A stretch of DNA of 64,000 nucleotides from positions 41,311 through 105,310 of the forward strand of contig CACMBZ010000001.1 of NCBI GenBank assembly GCA_902612095.1. The letters run 5' to 3'. A program made the translations under genes and the position numbers. Below the pieces are notes generated by a model that was not told the DNA's origin, searched no databases, and saw nothing but the letters and a program-made list of their open reading frames with translations. Of this stretch, positions 18,257 to 26,744 are shown piece by piece (the stretch's first letter is position 1; each line of letters opens with the position of its first letter). The DNA comes from an uncultured Pelagibacteraceae bacterium. Lineage in GTDB: Bacteria > Pseudomonadota > Alphaproteobacteria > Pelagibacterales > AG-422-B15.

Positions 18257-19310
18257 TATAAAACTCTTTCATAGCTTTAAGGACTTTTCTATTTTCTGTA
18301 GATTTACCAATAGATAACCTAATGCAATCTGGAAGATTATACTTATCCATTAACCTTACAATAATTGATTTTGACAATAAATACTGATTTAGTTTTTTTA
18401 CAGATTTGCCTACATTAATGAGTAGAAAATTTGCTCTGCTATCATAAACATTTACTGGCAATCTACTTAGTTCACTATTCATTTTTTTTAGCCAAAATTT
18501 GTTATGGTTTATTGCATTTTTTTCATATTTTTTATCTTTTAATGCCTCAACGCCGGCAAGTTGGGCAATTTGATTTACGTTAAATGGCCCTCTCACTTTA
18601 TTCATTAACTTTATTATATCTGTATGAGCGTAGCACCAACCCAATCTTAAGGACGCCAAACCATAAATTTTTGAGAAAGTTCTAGTGACAATGATATTTT
18701 TATATTTTTTGGCAAAGTTAATGCCATTAGAGTAATCTTTATCAGTTACATATTCTGCATAGGCAGAATCAATAATTATAAATATCTTCTTAGGGACACG
18801 TGAGATAAGCAATCTTAATTCTTCTTTGGATAGATAAAATCCTGTTGGATTATTGGGCTGCGCAATAAATATAATTTTAGTTTTTTTTGTGATTTTATTT
18901 AAAATACTTTTTACATCAAAGCGTAAATTCTTTGTTGTCGAACGTTTAACAACGCCCCCGCTGATTTTAGTGTAAATTTCAAACATTAAAAAACTGTGTT
19001 TAGGAATAATAACTTCGTCTCCTTTATTTAGAAAAAGTTGACAAGCCAGGCCTAATATCTCGTCTGATCCATTTCCAACGAAGAGGTTGTTGATATTTAA
19101 TTTGGTTTTTTTTGATAATGCATTTTTTAATTCCAGACTATTTCCGTCAGGATATTTGTGAGTTTTTGACTTGGCCGTTGATATCGCCTTTTGTACTCGC
19201 AAGCTCGGACCAAATGGCGACTCATTAGAGGACACCTTAATAACTTGCTTTTTGCCAGGAATTGATGAAATGCCTCCTTCGTAAAGCTTTATATTTTTAA
19301 GTTTTTTCAT
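18246..19310 (-). CDS. hisC: histidinol-phosphate (aromatic) aminotransferase
   Basis: 354-aa class-II aminotransferase (SSNESPFGPS, NPNNPTG, RTFSKIYGLASLRLG). 11-nt overlap with tyrC. Confidence 0.8.
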   Translation of the reverse strand: MKKLKNIKLYEGGISSIPGKKQVIKVSSNESPFGPSLRVQKAISTAKSKTHKYPDGNSLELKNALSKKTKLNINNLFVGNGSDEILGLACQLFLNKGDEVIIPKHSFLMFEIYTKISGGVVKRSTTKNLRFDVKSILNKITKKTKIIFIAQPNNPTGFYLSKEELRLLISRVPKKIFIIIDSAYAEYVTDKDYSNGINFAKKYKNIIVTRTFSKIYGLASLRLGWCYAHTDIIKLMNKVRGPFNVNQIAQLAGVEALKDKKYEKNAINHNKFWLKKMNSELSRLPVNVYDSRANFLLINVGKSVKKLNQYLLSKSIIVRLMDKYNLPDCIRLSIGKSTENRKVLKAMKEFYNAK

Positions 19311-19384
19311 ATTTCAATTGGCTATAAATAGGTGAATATCGCTAAATTTGAAAGAAAATCTTTGAAATAAATAAATCTTCTAAT

Positions 19385-19411
19385 TTGACAATATCCTATT
19401 GAATATATAAT
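19385..19411 (+). promoter_or_regulatory. candidate sigma70 promoter for the metXW leader
   Basis: TTGACA (19385-19390), 15-nt spacer, TATAAT (19406-19411). This places the TSS just upstream of the riboswitch P1. The spacer is short, hence low confidence. Confidence 0.35.
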
Positions 19412-19420
19412 ACATGAATT

Positions 19421-19470
19421 GCGCCGATTTGAGCACAGCTTGCGGGCGCAATAAAAATGCAGCTAAAGAG
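19421..19470 (+). promoter_or_regulatory. SAM-II (metA-element)-like / SAM-V-like S-adenosylmethionine riboswitch aptamer
   Basis: P1 is GCGCC (19421-25) paired with GGCGC (19445-49). The loop carries CGAUUU (19425-30) and AGCUUG (19437-42). The 3' tail AAUAAAAAU-GC-AGCUAAAG (19450-68) can pair AGCU:AGCU with the loop, giving an H-type pseudoknot. These blocks match my memory of the SAM-II consensus, and the element lies directly upstream of metX. Confidence 0.6.
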
Positions 19471-19477
19471 GTAGTTG

Positions 19478-19513
19478 AAACCGCCAAACTTAGTTGTTGG
19501 GCGGTTTTTTTTT
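19478..19513 (+). terminator. rho-independent terminator (riboswitch expression platform)
   Basis: AAACCGCCAA (19478-87) pairs with TTGGGCGGTTT (19497-507) with one bulged G and a 9-nt loop. It runs into a tract of 9 T (19505-13), 10 nt before the metX ATG. Confidence 0.7.
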
Positions 19514-19523
19514 GGAAAAAATT

Positions 19524-20639
19524 ATGAGTGAAAATAAAATTGTTACTTTAGCAGAAGATGAACCATTAAATTTGGATGGAGGTGGAAGTTTATCTAAATT
19601 TAAAACTGCATATACCACATATGGCAAACTTAATGATAAAAAAAATAATTCAATCTTAGTTTGTCATGCCTTGACTGGCGATCAATATGTGGCAAGTGAT
19701 CATCCCATTACAAAAAAAAATGGCTGGTGGTCGATGGTTGTAGGGCCCGATAAACCAATTGATACGAACAAGTTCTTTGTCATTTGCCCTAATGTTATTG
19801 GTGGGTGCATGGGATCAACGGGTCCAAAAGAAATAAATCCTGAAAACGGCAAAGAATTCGCGACTGATTTTCCTGTAATTACAATTGCAGATATGGTCAG
19901 AGCTCAAAAATTATTAATTGATTATTTGGGAATTGAAAAAATATTCTGTGTTACTGGCGGATCGATGGGGGGCATGTTGGTACTCGAATGGCTTTCAAAG
20001 TTTCCTGAAATGGTACATTCAGCAGTTCCTATTGCAACTGCAACAAACCATTCGGCTCAAAACATTGCATTAAATGAGCTTGCAAGACAGTCCATAATGG
20101 CTGATCCAAACTGGCAATCAGGGAATTACTATCATTCTGACAATAAACCCATGAAAGGGCTTTCAGTAGCTAGAATGGCAGCACATATTTCATATCTATC
20201 TAAAGAAGCTCTACAAAGTAAGTTTGGAAGAAATCTCCAAGATAAAAATAGCTTGGATTATTCTTTTGATGCCGATTTTCAAATTGAAAGTTACTTAAGA
20301 CATCAAGGATTTACTTTTGTTGATCGCTTTGATGCAAACAGCTATCTGTATATCACTCGGGCAATGGATTATTTTGATGTTTCCTCAGCAAATAATGGCT
20401 CCTTAATAGAGGCCTTTAAAAAAACGCAATCTAAAATTCTTTGTGTGTCGTTTACCAGTGATTGGCTATACCCGACATCTGAAAACAAAAAAATTGTAAA
20501 AGTTTTCAACTCTCTTGGGCTTAATGTCAGTTTTATTGAAATTGAAACTGAAAACGGTCATGACTCATTCCTATTGGATGAACCAAAGTTTTTTGAGGCG
20601 ATAAAAGGATTCATTAATTCAACATTTGAAAATTTATGA
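19524..20639 (+). CDS. metX: homoserine O-acyltransferase (MetX; acetyl versus succinyl specificity not resolvable)
   Basis: alpha/beta hydrolase with VCHALTGD, GGSMGGM, HDSFL. I place the start at MSENKIV (19524), because the track start at 19494 lies inside the terminator hairpin. Confidence 0.9.
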   Translation: MSENKIVTLAEDEPLNLDGGGSLSKFKTAYTTYGKLNDKKNNSILVCHALTGDQYVASDHPITKKNGWWSMVVGPDKPIDTNKFFVICPNVIGGCMGSTGPKEINPENGKEFATDFPVITIADMVRAQKLLIDYLGIEKIFCVTGGSMGGMLVLEWLSKFPEMVHSAVPIATATNHSAQNIALNELARQSIMADPNWQSGNYYHSDNKPMKGLSVARMAAHISYLSKEALQSKFGRNLQDKNSLDYSFDADFQIESYLRHQGFTFVDRFDANSYLYITRAMDYFDVSSANNGSLIEAFKKTQSKILCVSFTSDWLYPTSENKKIVKVFNSLGLNVSFIEIETENGHDSFLLDEPKFFEAIKGFINSTFENL

Positions 20640-21247
20640 GCTTAATAAACGAGAACAAAGATTTTGGGGTAATTGCTGAGCTAATTCCTAACAATGCTTC
20701 TGTTATTGATGTTGGGTGCAATGATGGGTCTTTGTTGGAGTATTTGAGAGAGTATAAAAATATTGATGGTCGTGGGATGGAAATCGATCAAAAAAAGGTT
20801 CAGCTTTGTTTAGCAAAAGGCATTTCAGTAATTGAAGGAGATGCAGATACTGATTTGTATGATTATCCAGATAAGTTATTTGATTATTCAATACTTACTT
20901 ATACGTTACAAGCTACAAAAAGTCCTAAAACAGTAATGCAGCAATTGGTGAGAATTTCTAAAAAAGCAATTATATCCTTTCCGAATTTTGGCCACTGGAA
21001 GATTGGCGCTAGTTTATTGTTGAATAGAAAAATGCCAGTAAGCAAGAAACTAAGTTATTCATGGCATGAAACTCCAAATCTACATTTTTGTACAATCAAT
21101 GATTTTATTGATTTATGTGAGGAGTTAGAGATCAAAATTGAAAAGAAAGGTGATCTTTCTAATAAAAAACTTTCCAATTTTAGTGGAAAAAATTTTCTTG
21201 ATAGCTACTTTAATGAAGTCGGACTTTTTTTAGTTTCAAAGGATTGA
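20636..21247 (+). CDS. metW: methionine biosynthesis protein MetW
   Basis: 203-aa SAM-MTase-like protein (VIDVGCNDGSLL), 4-nt overlap with metX; the classic metXW pair. Confidence 0.85.
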   Translation: MSLINENKDFGVIAELIPNNASVIDVGCNDGSLLEYLREYKNIDGRGMEIDQKKVQLCLAKGISVIEGDADTDLYDYPDKLFDYSILTYTLQATKSPKTVMQQLVRISKKAIISFPNFGHWKIGASLLLNRKMPVSKKLSYSWHETPNLHFCTINDFIDLCEELEIKIEKKGDLSNKKLSNFSGKNFLDSYFNEVGLFLVSKD

Positions 21248-22008
21248 ATATGACTGAAATACTAATTGTTAAATGCTTAAGCGATAATTATGCTTATATA
21301 TACTCAAATAAAAATGGGGATGCATTTGTTGTTGATCCTTCTGAAGCAGGTCCTGTAATTGATGTTCTAAATAAACACAGACTTAATTTAAAATTCATAC
21401 TAAATACTCATCATCATTTTGATCATGTAGGTGGAAATTTTGAACTTAAAGAAAAGTATGAGTGCAAAATAGTTGGCAGCAAAAAAGATTTTGAGAGAAT
21501 ACCAGGAATTGATATACAGGTTTCAGAGGGTGATATTTGGAATTTTGATGAACACAATGCTCAGATAATTGAAATACCTGGGCATACTACGGGCCACATC
21601 GCTTTTTATTTTGAATCCCTAAAACTTGTTTTTACAGGTGACACGCTATTTTCACTTGGATGTGGTAGACTTTTTGAAGGTTCACCAGAAATGATGTGGA
21701 AATCTCTTACAAAATTAAGGGATCTACCTGATGAAACAAAAATTTACTGTGGCCATGAATATACTTTAAGTAATGGAAATTTTATAAGCTCTATTTACCC
21801 GTCGGATGAAATAGAATCAAAAATAGACCGTCTGAAAAGCCTAAATAAACAAAACATACCATCTATTCCATCAACAATTGGGGATGAAAAGAGATTAAAT
21901 GTTTTCTTAAAAGCAGATGATGATGATTTGATCAAGTCACTGGGGCTTACGGGAAAAAGTCCAGAAGAAGTATTCGGTCACATAAGAAATCTCAAAGATT
22001 CCTTTTAA
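21244..22008 (+). CDS. gloB: hydroxyacylglutathione hydrolase (glyoxalase II)
   Basis: Metallo-beta-lactamase fold with THHHFDHVGG and length 254 aa. Confidence 0.85.
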   Translation: MNMTEILIVKCLSDNYAYIYSNKNGDAFVVDPSEAGPVIDVLNKHRLNLKFILNTHHHFDHVGGNFELKEKYECKIVGSKKDFERIPGIDIQVSEGDIWNFDEHNAQIIEIPGHTTGHIAFYFESLKLVFTGDTLFSLGCGRLFEGSPEMMWKSLTKLRDLPDETKIYCGHEYTLSNGNFISSIYPSDEIESKIDRLKSLNKQNIPSIPSTIGDEKRLNVFLKADDDDLIKSLGLTGKSPEEVFGHIRNLKDSF

Positions 22009-22727
22009 GTAAAATATTGTCCACCGTTTGCAGATATCGTAGAACCTGTTATAAAGCCCGCTTCATCACTAGCAAGGAATGTAACTATTCGTGAAACCTC
22101 ATCAACTGTTCCAAGCCTTCCTACAGGAATTTTTCCAATTAAACTTTTCATAAAATCCTCGGAGGCATCGGCTAGAATTTCAGTATCGATATAACCAGGT
22201 GCAATAGCGTTAACTGTAATATTCTTTCTAGCAGTTTCTTGCGCTAAGGCTTTGGTAAAACCTAGTAAACCAGCTTTTGCCGCACTATAATTTATTAGAC
22301 CCATCTCACCTTTTTGACCGTTAATAGAAGAAATGCTGATTATTCTTCCAAAAGATTTTTCTCTCATGCCTTCAAGTACACATCTTGTCATATAAAAAAC
22401 TGAATCTAAGTCAGTTCTTATTACATCATCCCATTGTTCAACTGACATTTTATGAGCCATTGAAGCTTTGGAAATGCCGGCATTATTCACTAAAATGTCA
22501 ACAGTACCCAGCTTATCAGCAACTTGCTTTACGCCCGCTTCACATGCAGCTGCATCAGCAACATTCCATTGAAATACCTCAATACCGTTTTCGGATGAAA
22601 ACTTATTTGCTGCATCTGAATTTGAACTATAGGTTGCAGCAACATTGCACCCCTCCTTTTTTAAAGCAAGAGATATTGCAGCACCTATTCCCCTTGTTCC
22701 TCCAGTTACTAACGCTACTTTAGACAT
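22005..22727 (-). CDS. phaB: acetoacetyl-CoA reductase (SDR)
   Basis: 240 aa; VALVTGGTRGIGAAI, NNAGI, YSAAKAG. Lies directly downstream of the thiolase. Confidence 0.8.
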   Translation of the reverse strand: MSKVALVTGGTRGIGAAISLALKKEGCNVAATYSSNSDAANKFSSENGIEVFQWNVADAAACEAGVKQVADKLGTVDILVNNAGISKASMAHKMSVEQWDDVIRTDLDSVFYMTRCVLEGMREKSFGRIISISSINGQKGEMGLINYSAAKAGLLGFTKALAQETARKNITVNAIAPGYIDTEILADASEDFMKSLIGKIPVGRLGTVDEVSRIVTFLASDEAGFITGSTISANGGQYFT

Positions 22728-22736
22728 AATTTTCTC

Positions 22737-23909
22737 CTATCGTTCGACGCACAAAGCGACACCCATGCCTCCACCAATGCATAATGTGGCAAGTCCTTTT
22801 TTAGCGTCCTGTCTTTTCATTTGATTTAATAATGTTACAAGAATTCTAGCTCCTGACGCACCAATTGGATGTCCTATAGCAATCGCTCCTCCGTTAACAT
22901 TAACTTTTGAAACATCCCATCCCATTTCTTTATTTACTGCACAAGATTGAGCGGCAAATGCTTCATTTGATTCAATTAAATCTAAATCAGAAACATCCCA
23001 CCCTGCTTTATCAAGAGCTTTTCTGCTTGCAGGTATAGGTCCTGTTCCCATCACAGATGGATCAACCCCAGCACTTGACCAGGATACAATTCTTGCCATA
23101 GGCTCAAGGTTTCTTTTTTTCATTTCATCTGAGGACATTACTGCCAGAGCAGCTGCGCCATCGTTTATACCACTTGCATTTGCTGCTGTAACTGTTCCCT
23201 CTTTTGCAAATGCAGGTCTTAAAGATGAGATTTTTTCTAATTGAACATTGTCTTTAATATATTCATCACTATCAAAAACTACTGTCTCTTTTCTTGATGG
23301 GACTTCAACTGGAACAATTTCATCCTTAAATACTCCATCTGCTTTAGCCTTACTTGCTTTCTGTTGTGAGTTAAAAGCAAATTCATCTTGTTGATCTCTA
23401 GTAATTTGCCATTGTTGTGCAACATTTTCAGCAGTTGTTCCCATGTGATATCCATTAAAAGCATCCCACAAACCATCTTTGATCATTGAGTCGATCATCT
23501 TATCATCACCCATTTTAGTACCATTTCTTAGGTGCATACAGTGCGGGGATTGACTCATACTTTCTTGTCCACCAGCAATAATAATATTTGCATCGCCATT
23601 CTTTATAGATTGATAGGCCAAAGCAACACTTCTTAAGCCAGATCCACAAACTTGATTAACTAGCCATGCTGGGGTCTCTTTATTTAAACCAGCATTTATT
23701 GATGCTTGTCTAGCAGGGTTTTGACCAGTTGCTGCAGTTAGTACTTGTCCAAGTATTACCTCATCTACATCACCACCTTCAATGCCTGATCTATTAAGCG
23801 TTTCTTTTATAACTATTGTGCCTAAATCGTGTGCTGGCATACCTGATAAAGATCCATTAAATGAACCAACGGCTGTTCTAACGGCAGATGTAATAAATAC
23901 TTCACTCAT
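22737..23909 (-). CDS. phaA: acetyl-CoA acetyltransferase (biosynthetic thiolase)
   Basis: 390-aa thiolase II ([41 protein letters not shown]). Confidence 0.85.
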   Translation of the reverse strand: MSEVFITSAVRTAVGSFNGSLSGMPAHDLGTIVIKETLNRSGIEGGDVDEVILGQVLTAATGQNPARQASINAGLNKETPAWLVNQVCGSGLRSVALAYQSIKNGDANIIIAGGQESMSQSPHCMHLRNGTKMGDDKMIDSMIKDGLWDAFNGYHMGTTAENVAQQWQITRDQQDEFAFNSQQKASKAKADGVFKDEIVPVEVPSRKETVVFDSDEYIKDNVQLEKISSLRPAFAKEGTVTAANASGINDGAAALAVMSSDEMKKRNLEPMARIVSWSSAGVDPSVMGTGPIPASRKALDKAGWDVSDLDLIESNEAFAAQSCAVNKEMGWDVSKVNVNGGAIAIGHPIGASGARILVTLLNQMKRQDAKKGLATLCIGGGMGVALCVER

Positions 23910-23921
23910 AACTTTTCCTTT

Positions 23922-24641
23922 TTATTCGCCAATTATTGGCAATTTTTGTGATCTGGAGGCATCAAGATAACTTGCGGAGTGAATTTTGCAACTATTATTT
24001 AGGCTGATAACGAGTGGATTTGCAGTTGGTATTTCTAAGCTTGTTATGTCTTCATCAGATACATCAAACAAGTACTTACATAGAGCTCTTAAGCTGTTTC
24101 CATGTGCTGAAATAATAGTGGTATTTTTTAGTACTAAAGGTTTTATAGAATTTTCCCAGTAAGGAATTACTCTCGCATACGTATCTTCTAAACATTCCGT
24201 CATGGGTAAATTATTTATTCCTTTATATAAATCATCTTTATTAGGATTCATTTCACTATCAATTGGTAGTGCAGGTGGTGGTGTACTGTAGCCTCTCCTC
24301 CATTTTAAAAACTGATCTTCACCATATTTTTTTTTAACTTCATCTTTGTTTAATCCTTGCAGTGCTCCATAGTGTCTTTCATTTAATTCCCAGGCAGTTT
24401 CTGTGTGAAGATTATATATATTTAATTCCTCAAGAATTATTTGAAGCGTATTTTGTGCCCTTTTTAAAAATGATGTAAATGCAAATGAAGGAACTATTTC
24501 AGCTTCTTTGAGTAACAATGCTGACTTTAATGCCTCTTTTTTTCCTAAATCGTCTAATTCTACATCAACCCATCCGGTAAAAATATTTTTTACGTTCCAA
24601 ACACTTTTACCGTGTCTGATTAATATCAGTGTATTAGACAT
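23922..24641 (-). CDS. gpmA: 2,3-bisphosphoglycerate-dependent phosphoglycerate mutase
   Basis: LIRHGKSVWNVKNIFTGW, LNERHYGALQGLNKDE..KYGEDQ..WRRGY..PP, and AHGNSLRAL, collinear with full-length dPGM. Confidence 0.85.
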   Translation of the reverse strand: MSNTLILIRHGKSVWNVKNIFTGWVDVELDDLGKKEALKSALLLKEAEIVPSFAFTSFLKRAQNTLQIILEELNIYNLHTETAWELNERHYGALQGLNKDEVKKKYGEDQFLKWRRGYSTPPPALPIDSEMNPNKDDLYKGINNLPMTECLEDTYARVIPYWENSIKPLVLKNTTIISAHGNSLRALCKYLFDVSDEDITSLEIPTANPLVISLNNSCKIHSASYLDASRSQKLPIIGE

Positions 24642-25583
24642 TTATTTGTTTACTTGGTTAACTACATTATTATTTAAAAGATAATCGACCATTTGCTCTG
24701 CGATTTGTATAGCAACTTTTTCTTGCGCCTCTGCAGTACTAGCGCCGATGTGAGGTGTCATTACAACTTTTTTCATACCAGAAAATATACTGTCAGTTTG
24801 TGGCTCTTTCTCATAAACATCGCAGCCATATCCTCCTAAACCATTTTTATCAATTGCATTCTTAACATCATTTTCATTTACAATTCCACCTCTCGCACAA
24901 TTAATAATAATTGCTGTTCTTTTAATTGTTTTAAGGGTGTCTTTATTAATCATATATTTTGATTTATCTGATAGTTTATTATGAAAAGTTATAATATCTG
25001 AATGTAACAAAATTTCTTCAAAAGATACTTTTTCAACTTTATATTTTTTTTGTTCTGTATCACTTAATGTAGCACTATGAACAATAACATTCATTCCATA
25101 TGCTTGTGATATTTCAGAAATTTTTTTTCCTATATTCCCAAATCCTACGATGCCAATAGTTTTGCCCAACATCTCAGATCCAATGAAGTTTTTTTTCTCC
25201 CATTTTTTACTGTGCATTGACTCATTTGCCTCTGTAATTTTTCTCATTAATGCATGTATAATAGAAAATGTAAGTTCGGCTGTTGCTTGAACATTTCCAA
25301 GAGGAGTGTTCATGACTACGATGTTATTTTTGGTAGCTGAGTCAAGGTCAACATTGTCAACCCCTACGCCTGGCCTACCAATAACTTTCAGATTTTTAGC
25401 GCTGCTTATTATTTTATCAGTTACAGTGACTGCTGATCTAATTACTAACCCGGCATAATCTACGATTTCTCTAGAAAGCTCGTCTTCACTAAGACCTGTT
25501 TTCTGAACATATTCAATGTTGTTTTCATCAAATACTTTAAAAACAGCGTCAGAAACATTATCGGCAATTAGTACTTTATTCAC
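24642..25583 (-). CDS. serA: D-3-phosphoglycerate dehydrogenase, short form without ACT/ASB regulatory domains
   Basis: 313-aa D-2-hydroxyacid dehydrogenase (GIVGFGNIGKK, NCARGG, TPHIGAST) that ends right after the catalytic domain. Operon context with serC. Confidence 0.8.
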   Translation of the reverse strand: MNKVLIADNVSDAVFKVFDENNIEYVQKTGLSEDELSREIVDYAGLVIRSAVTVTDKIISSAKNLKVIGRPGVGVDNVDLDSATKNNIVVMNTPLGNVQATAELTFSIIHALMRKITEANESMHSKKWEKKNFIGSEMLGKTIGIVGFGNIGKKISEISQAYGMNVIVHSATLSDTEQKKYKVEKVSFEEILLHSDIITFHNKLSDKSKYMINKDTLKTIKRTAIIINCARGGIVNENDVKNAIDKNGLGGYGCDVYEKEPQTDSIFSGMKKVVMTPHIGASTAEAQEKVAIQIAEQMVDYLLNNNVVNQVNK

Positions 25584-26740
25584 TTTTTAAAGGCTTCTTT
25601 AGTTGTCAAATAAGCCCAGTCAATCCAAGGTAGAACAAGTTCAACATTTTTATTTTCAACTGTTGAACCGCCCCATATTCTAATTCCCGGTGGTGCCGTT
25701 TTATAGGAGTTTAAATCATATCCTGCTTCATTGCTTTCAAGCAATGAACAAACTTCCTTCATAAAATTTACTTTGTCTTCGTCATTAAGAGATTTAAACC
25801 ACTCATCCTTTGGAAGTATACAAATTGAAGTACAAGATCTGGTCTCTGGATCTTTAGCTAGAAATTCAAAATTATCATGCTTATCAATCCAATTATTAAC
25901 TAATTTTAGATTTGTTTCTGATATATCAATTAATTTATTTAAACCGCCTAACTCTAGGCCCCAGTTAAGGGAATTTAATACATCTTCAACACTGATCATG
26001 GATGGAGTGTTTATTGTTGCTCCAGAAAATATTCCTGAAATTAATTTTTGATTATTTGCTAGACGAAATATTTTTGGGATGGGCCATGGTGGAGTGAAAG
26101 TTTCAAGTCGTTCAACTGCACGAGGTGATAAAATCAACATACCATGGGCAGCTTCGCTTCCTAAAACTTTTTGCCATGAGTAAGTAATCACATCTAATTT
26201 ATGCCAATCCATGTGCATTGAAAATACTGCAGATGTGGCATCACATATTGTTAATCCTTTTCTTTGATCACTTATCCAATCAGTATTTTTTATTCTTACT
26301 CCTGCGGTAGTACCATTCCATGTAAAAACAATATCGTTGTCAGGATTGCTATCAGAAAAATCAGGGAGTTCCCCATATTCCGCTTTAATTAACTTTTTAT
26401 CTTTTAGAGGCAGTTGTTCTCCTGCGTCTATATTCCAGTCATGACCAAAATTTTCCCATGAATAAACTTCAACTCCTCTTTGACCAAGCATACACCACAT
26501 AGCCATTTCAACAGCGCCAGTATCAGACGCGGGAACAATTCCAATTAAGTAGTCATCAGGAATTTCCAACAGTTGTCTTGACTTATCAATTACCTCTTGA
26601 AGTTTTTTAACAGCTGCGCCAGATCTGTGAGACCTTGAAAGAGCTGCATTTTTTAAATTATCAAACGACCATCCTGGAGGTTTGGCGCAGGGACCGGATG
26701 AAAAGTAAGGATAATGAGGCTTCTGAGCGGGCTTTTCCAT
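25580..26740 (-). CDS. serC: phosphoserine aminotransferase (about 386 aa, long alphaproteobacterial/archaeal type)
   Basis: MEKPAQKPHYPYFSSGPCAKPPGW... I chose the start at internal Met27 of the track ORF; this removes the overlap with the upstream gene. Confidence 0.8.
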   Translation of the reverse strand: MEKPAQKPHYPYFSSGPCAKPPGWSFDNLKNAALSRSHRSGAAVKKLQEVIDKSRQLLEIPDDYLIGIVPASDTGAVEMAMWCMLGQRGVEVYSWENFGHDWNIDAGEQLPLKDKKLIKAEYGELPDFSDSNPDNDIVFTWNGTTAGVRIKNTDWISDQRKGLTICDATSAVFSMHMDWHKLDVITYSWQKVLGSEAAHGMLILSPRAVERLETFTPPWPIPKIFRLANNQKLISGIFSGATINTPSMISVEDVLNSLNWGLELGGLNKLIDISETNLKLVNNWIDKHDNFEFLAKDPETRSCTSICILPKDEWFKSLNDEDKVNFMKEVCSLLESNEAGYDLNSYKTAPPGIRIWGGSTVENKNVELVLPWIDWAYLTTKEAFKK

Positions 26741-26744
26741 TAAA

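Noticed and set aside
19494-19523. ORF-track start of metX (MLGGFFLEKI...).
   Set aside because: These codons coincide with the terminator hairpin and T-tract of the riboswitch leader. The conserved MetX sequence begins at MSENKIV (19524).
23922-24641. The gpmA homologue downstream of serA might be a dPGM-family phosphoserine phosphatase, like the Hydrogenobacter iPSP type.
   Set aside because: The protein is collinear with full-length GpmA, including the dPGM-specific LNERHYGALQGLNK...WRRG..PP segment. A genuine mutase is the simpler reading.
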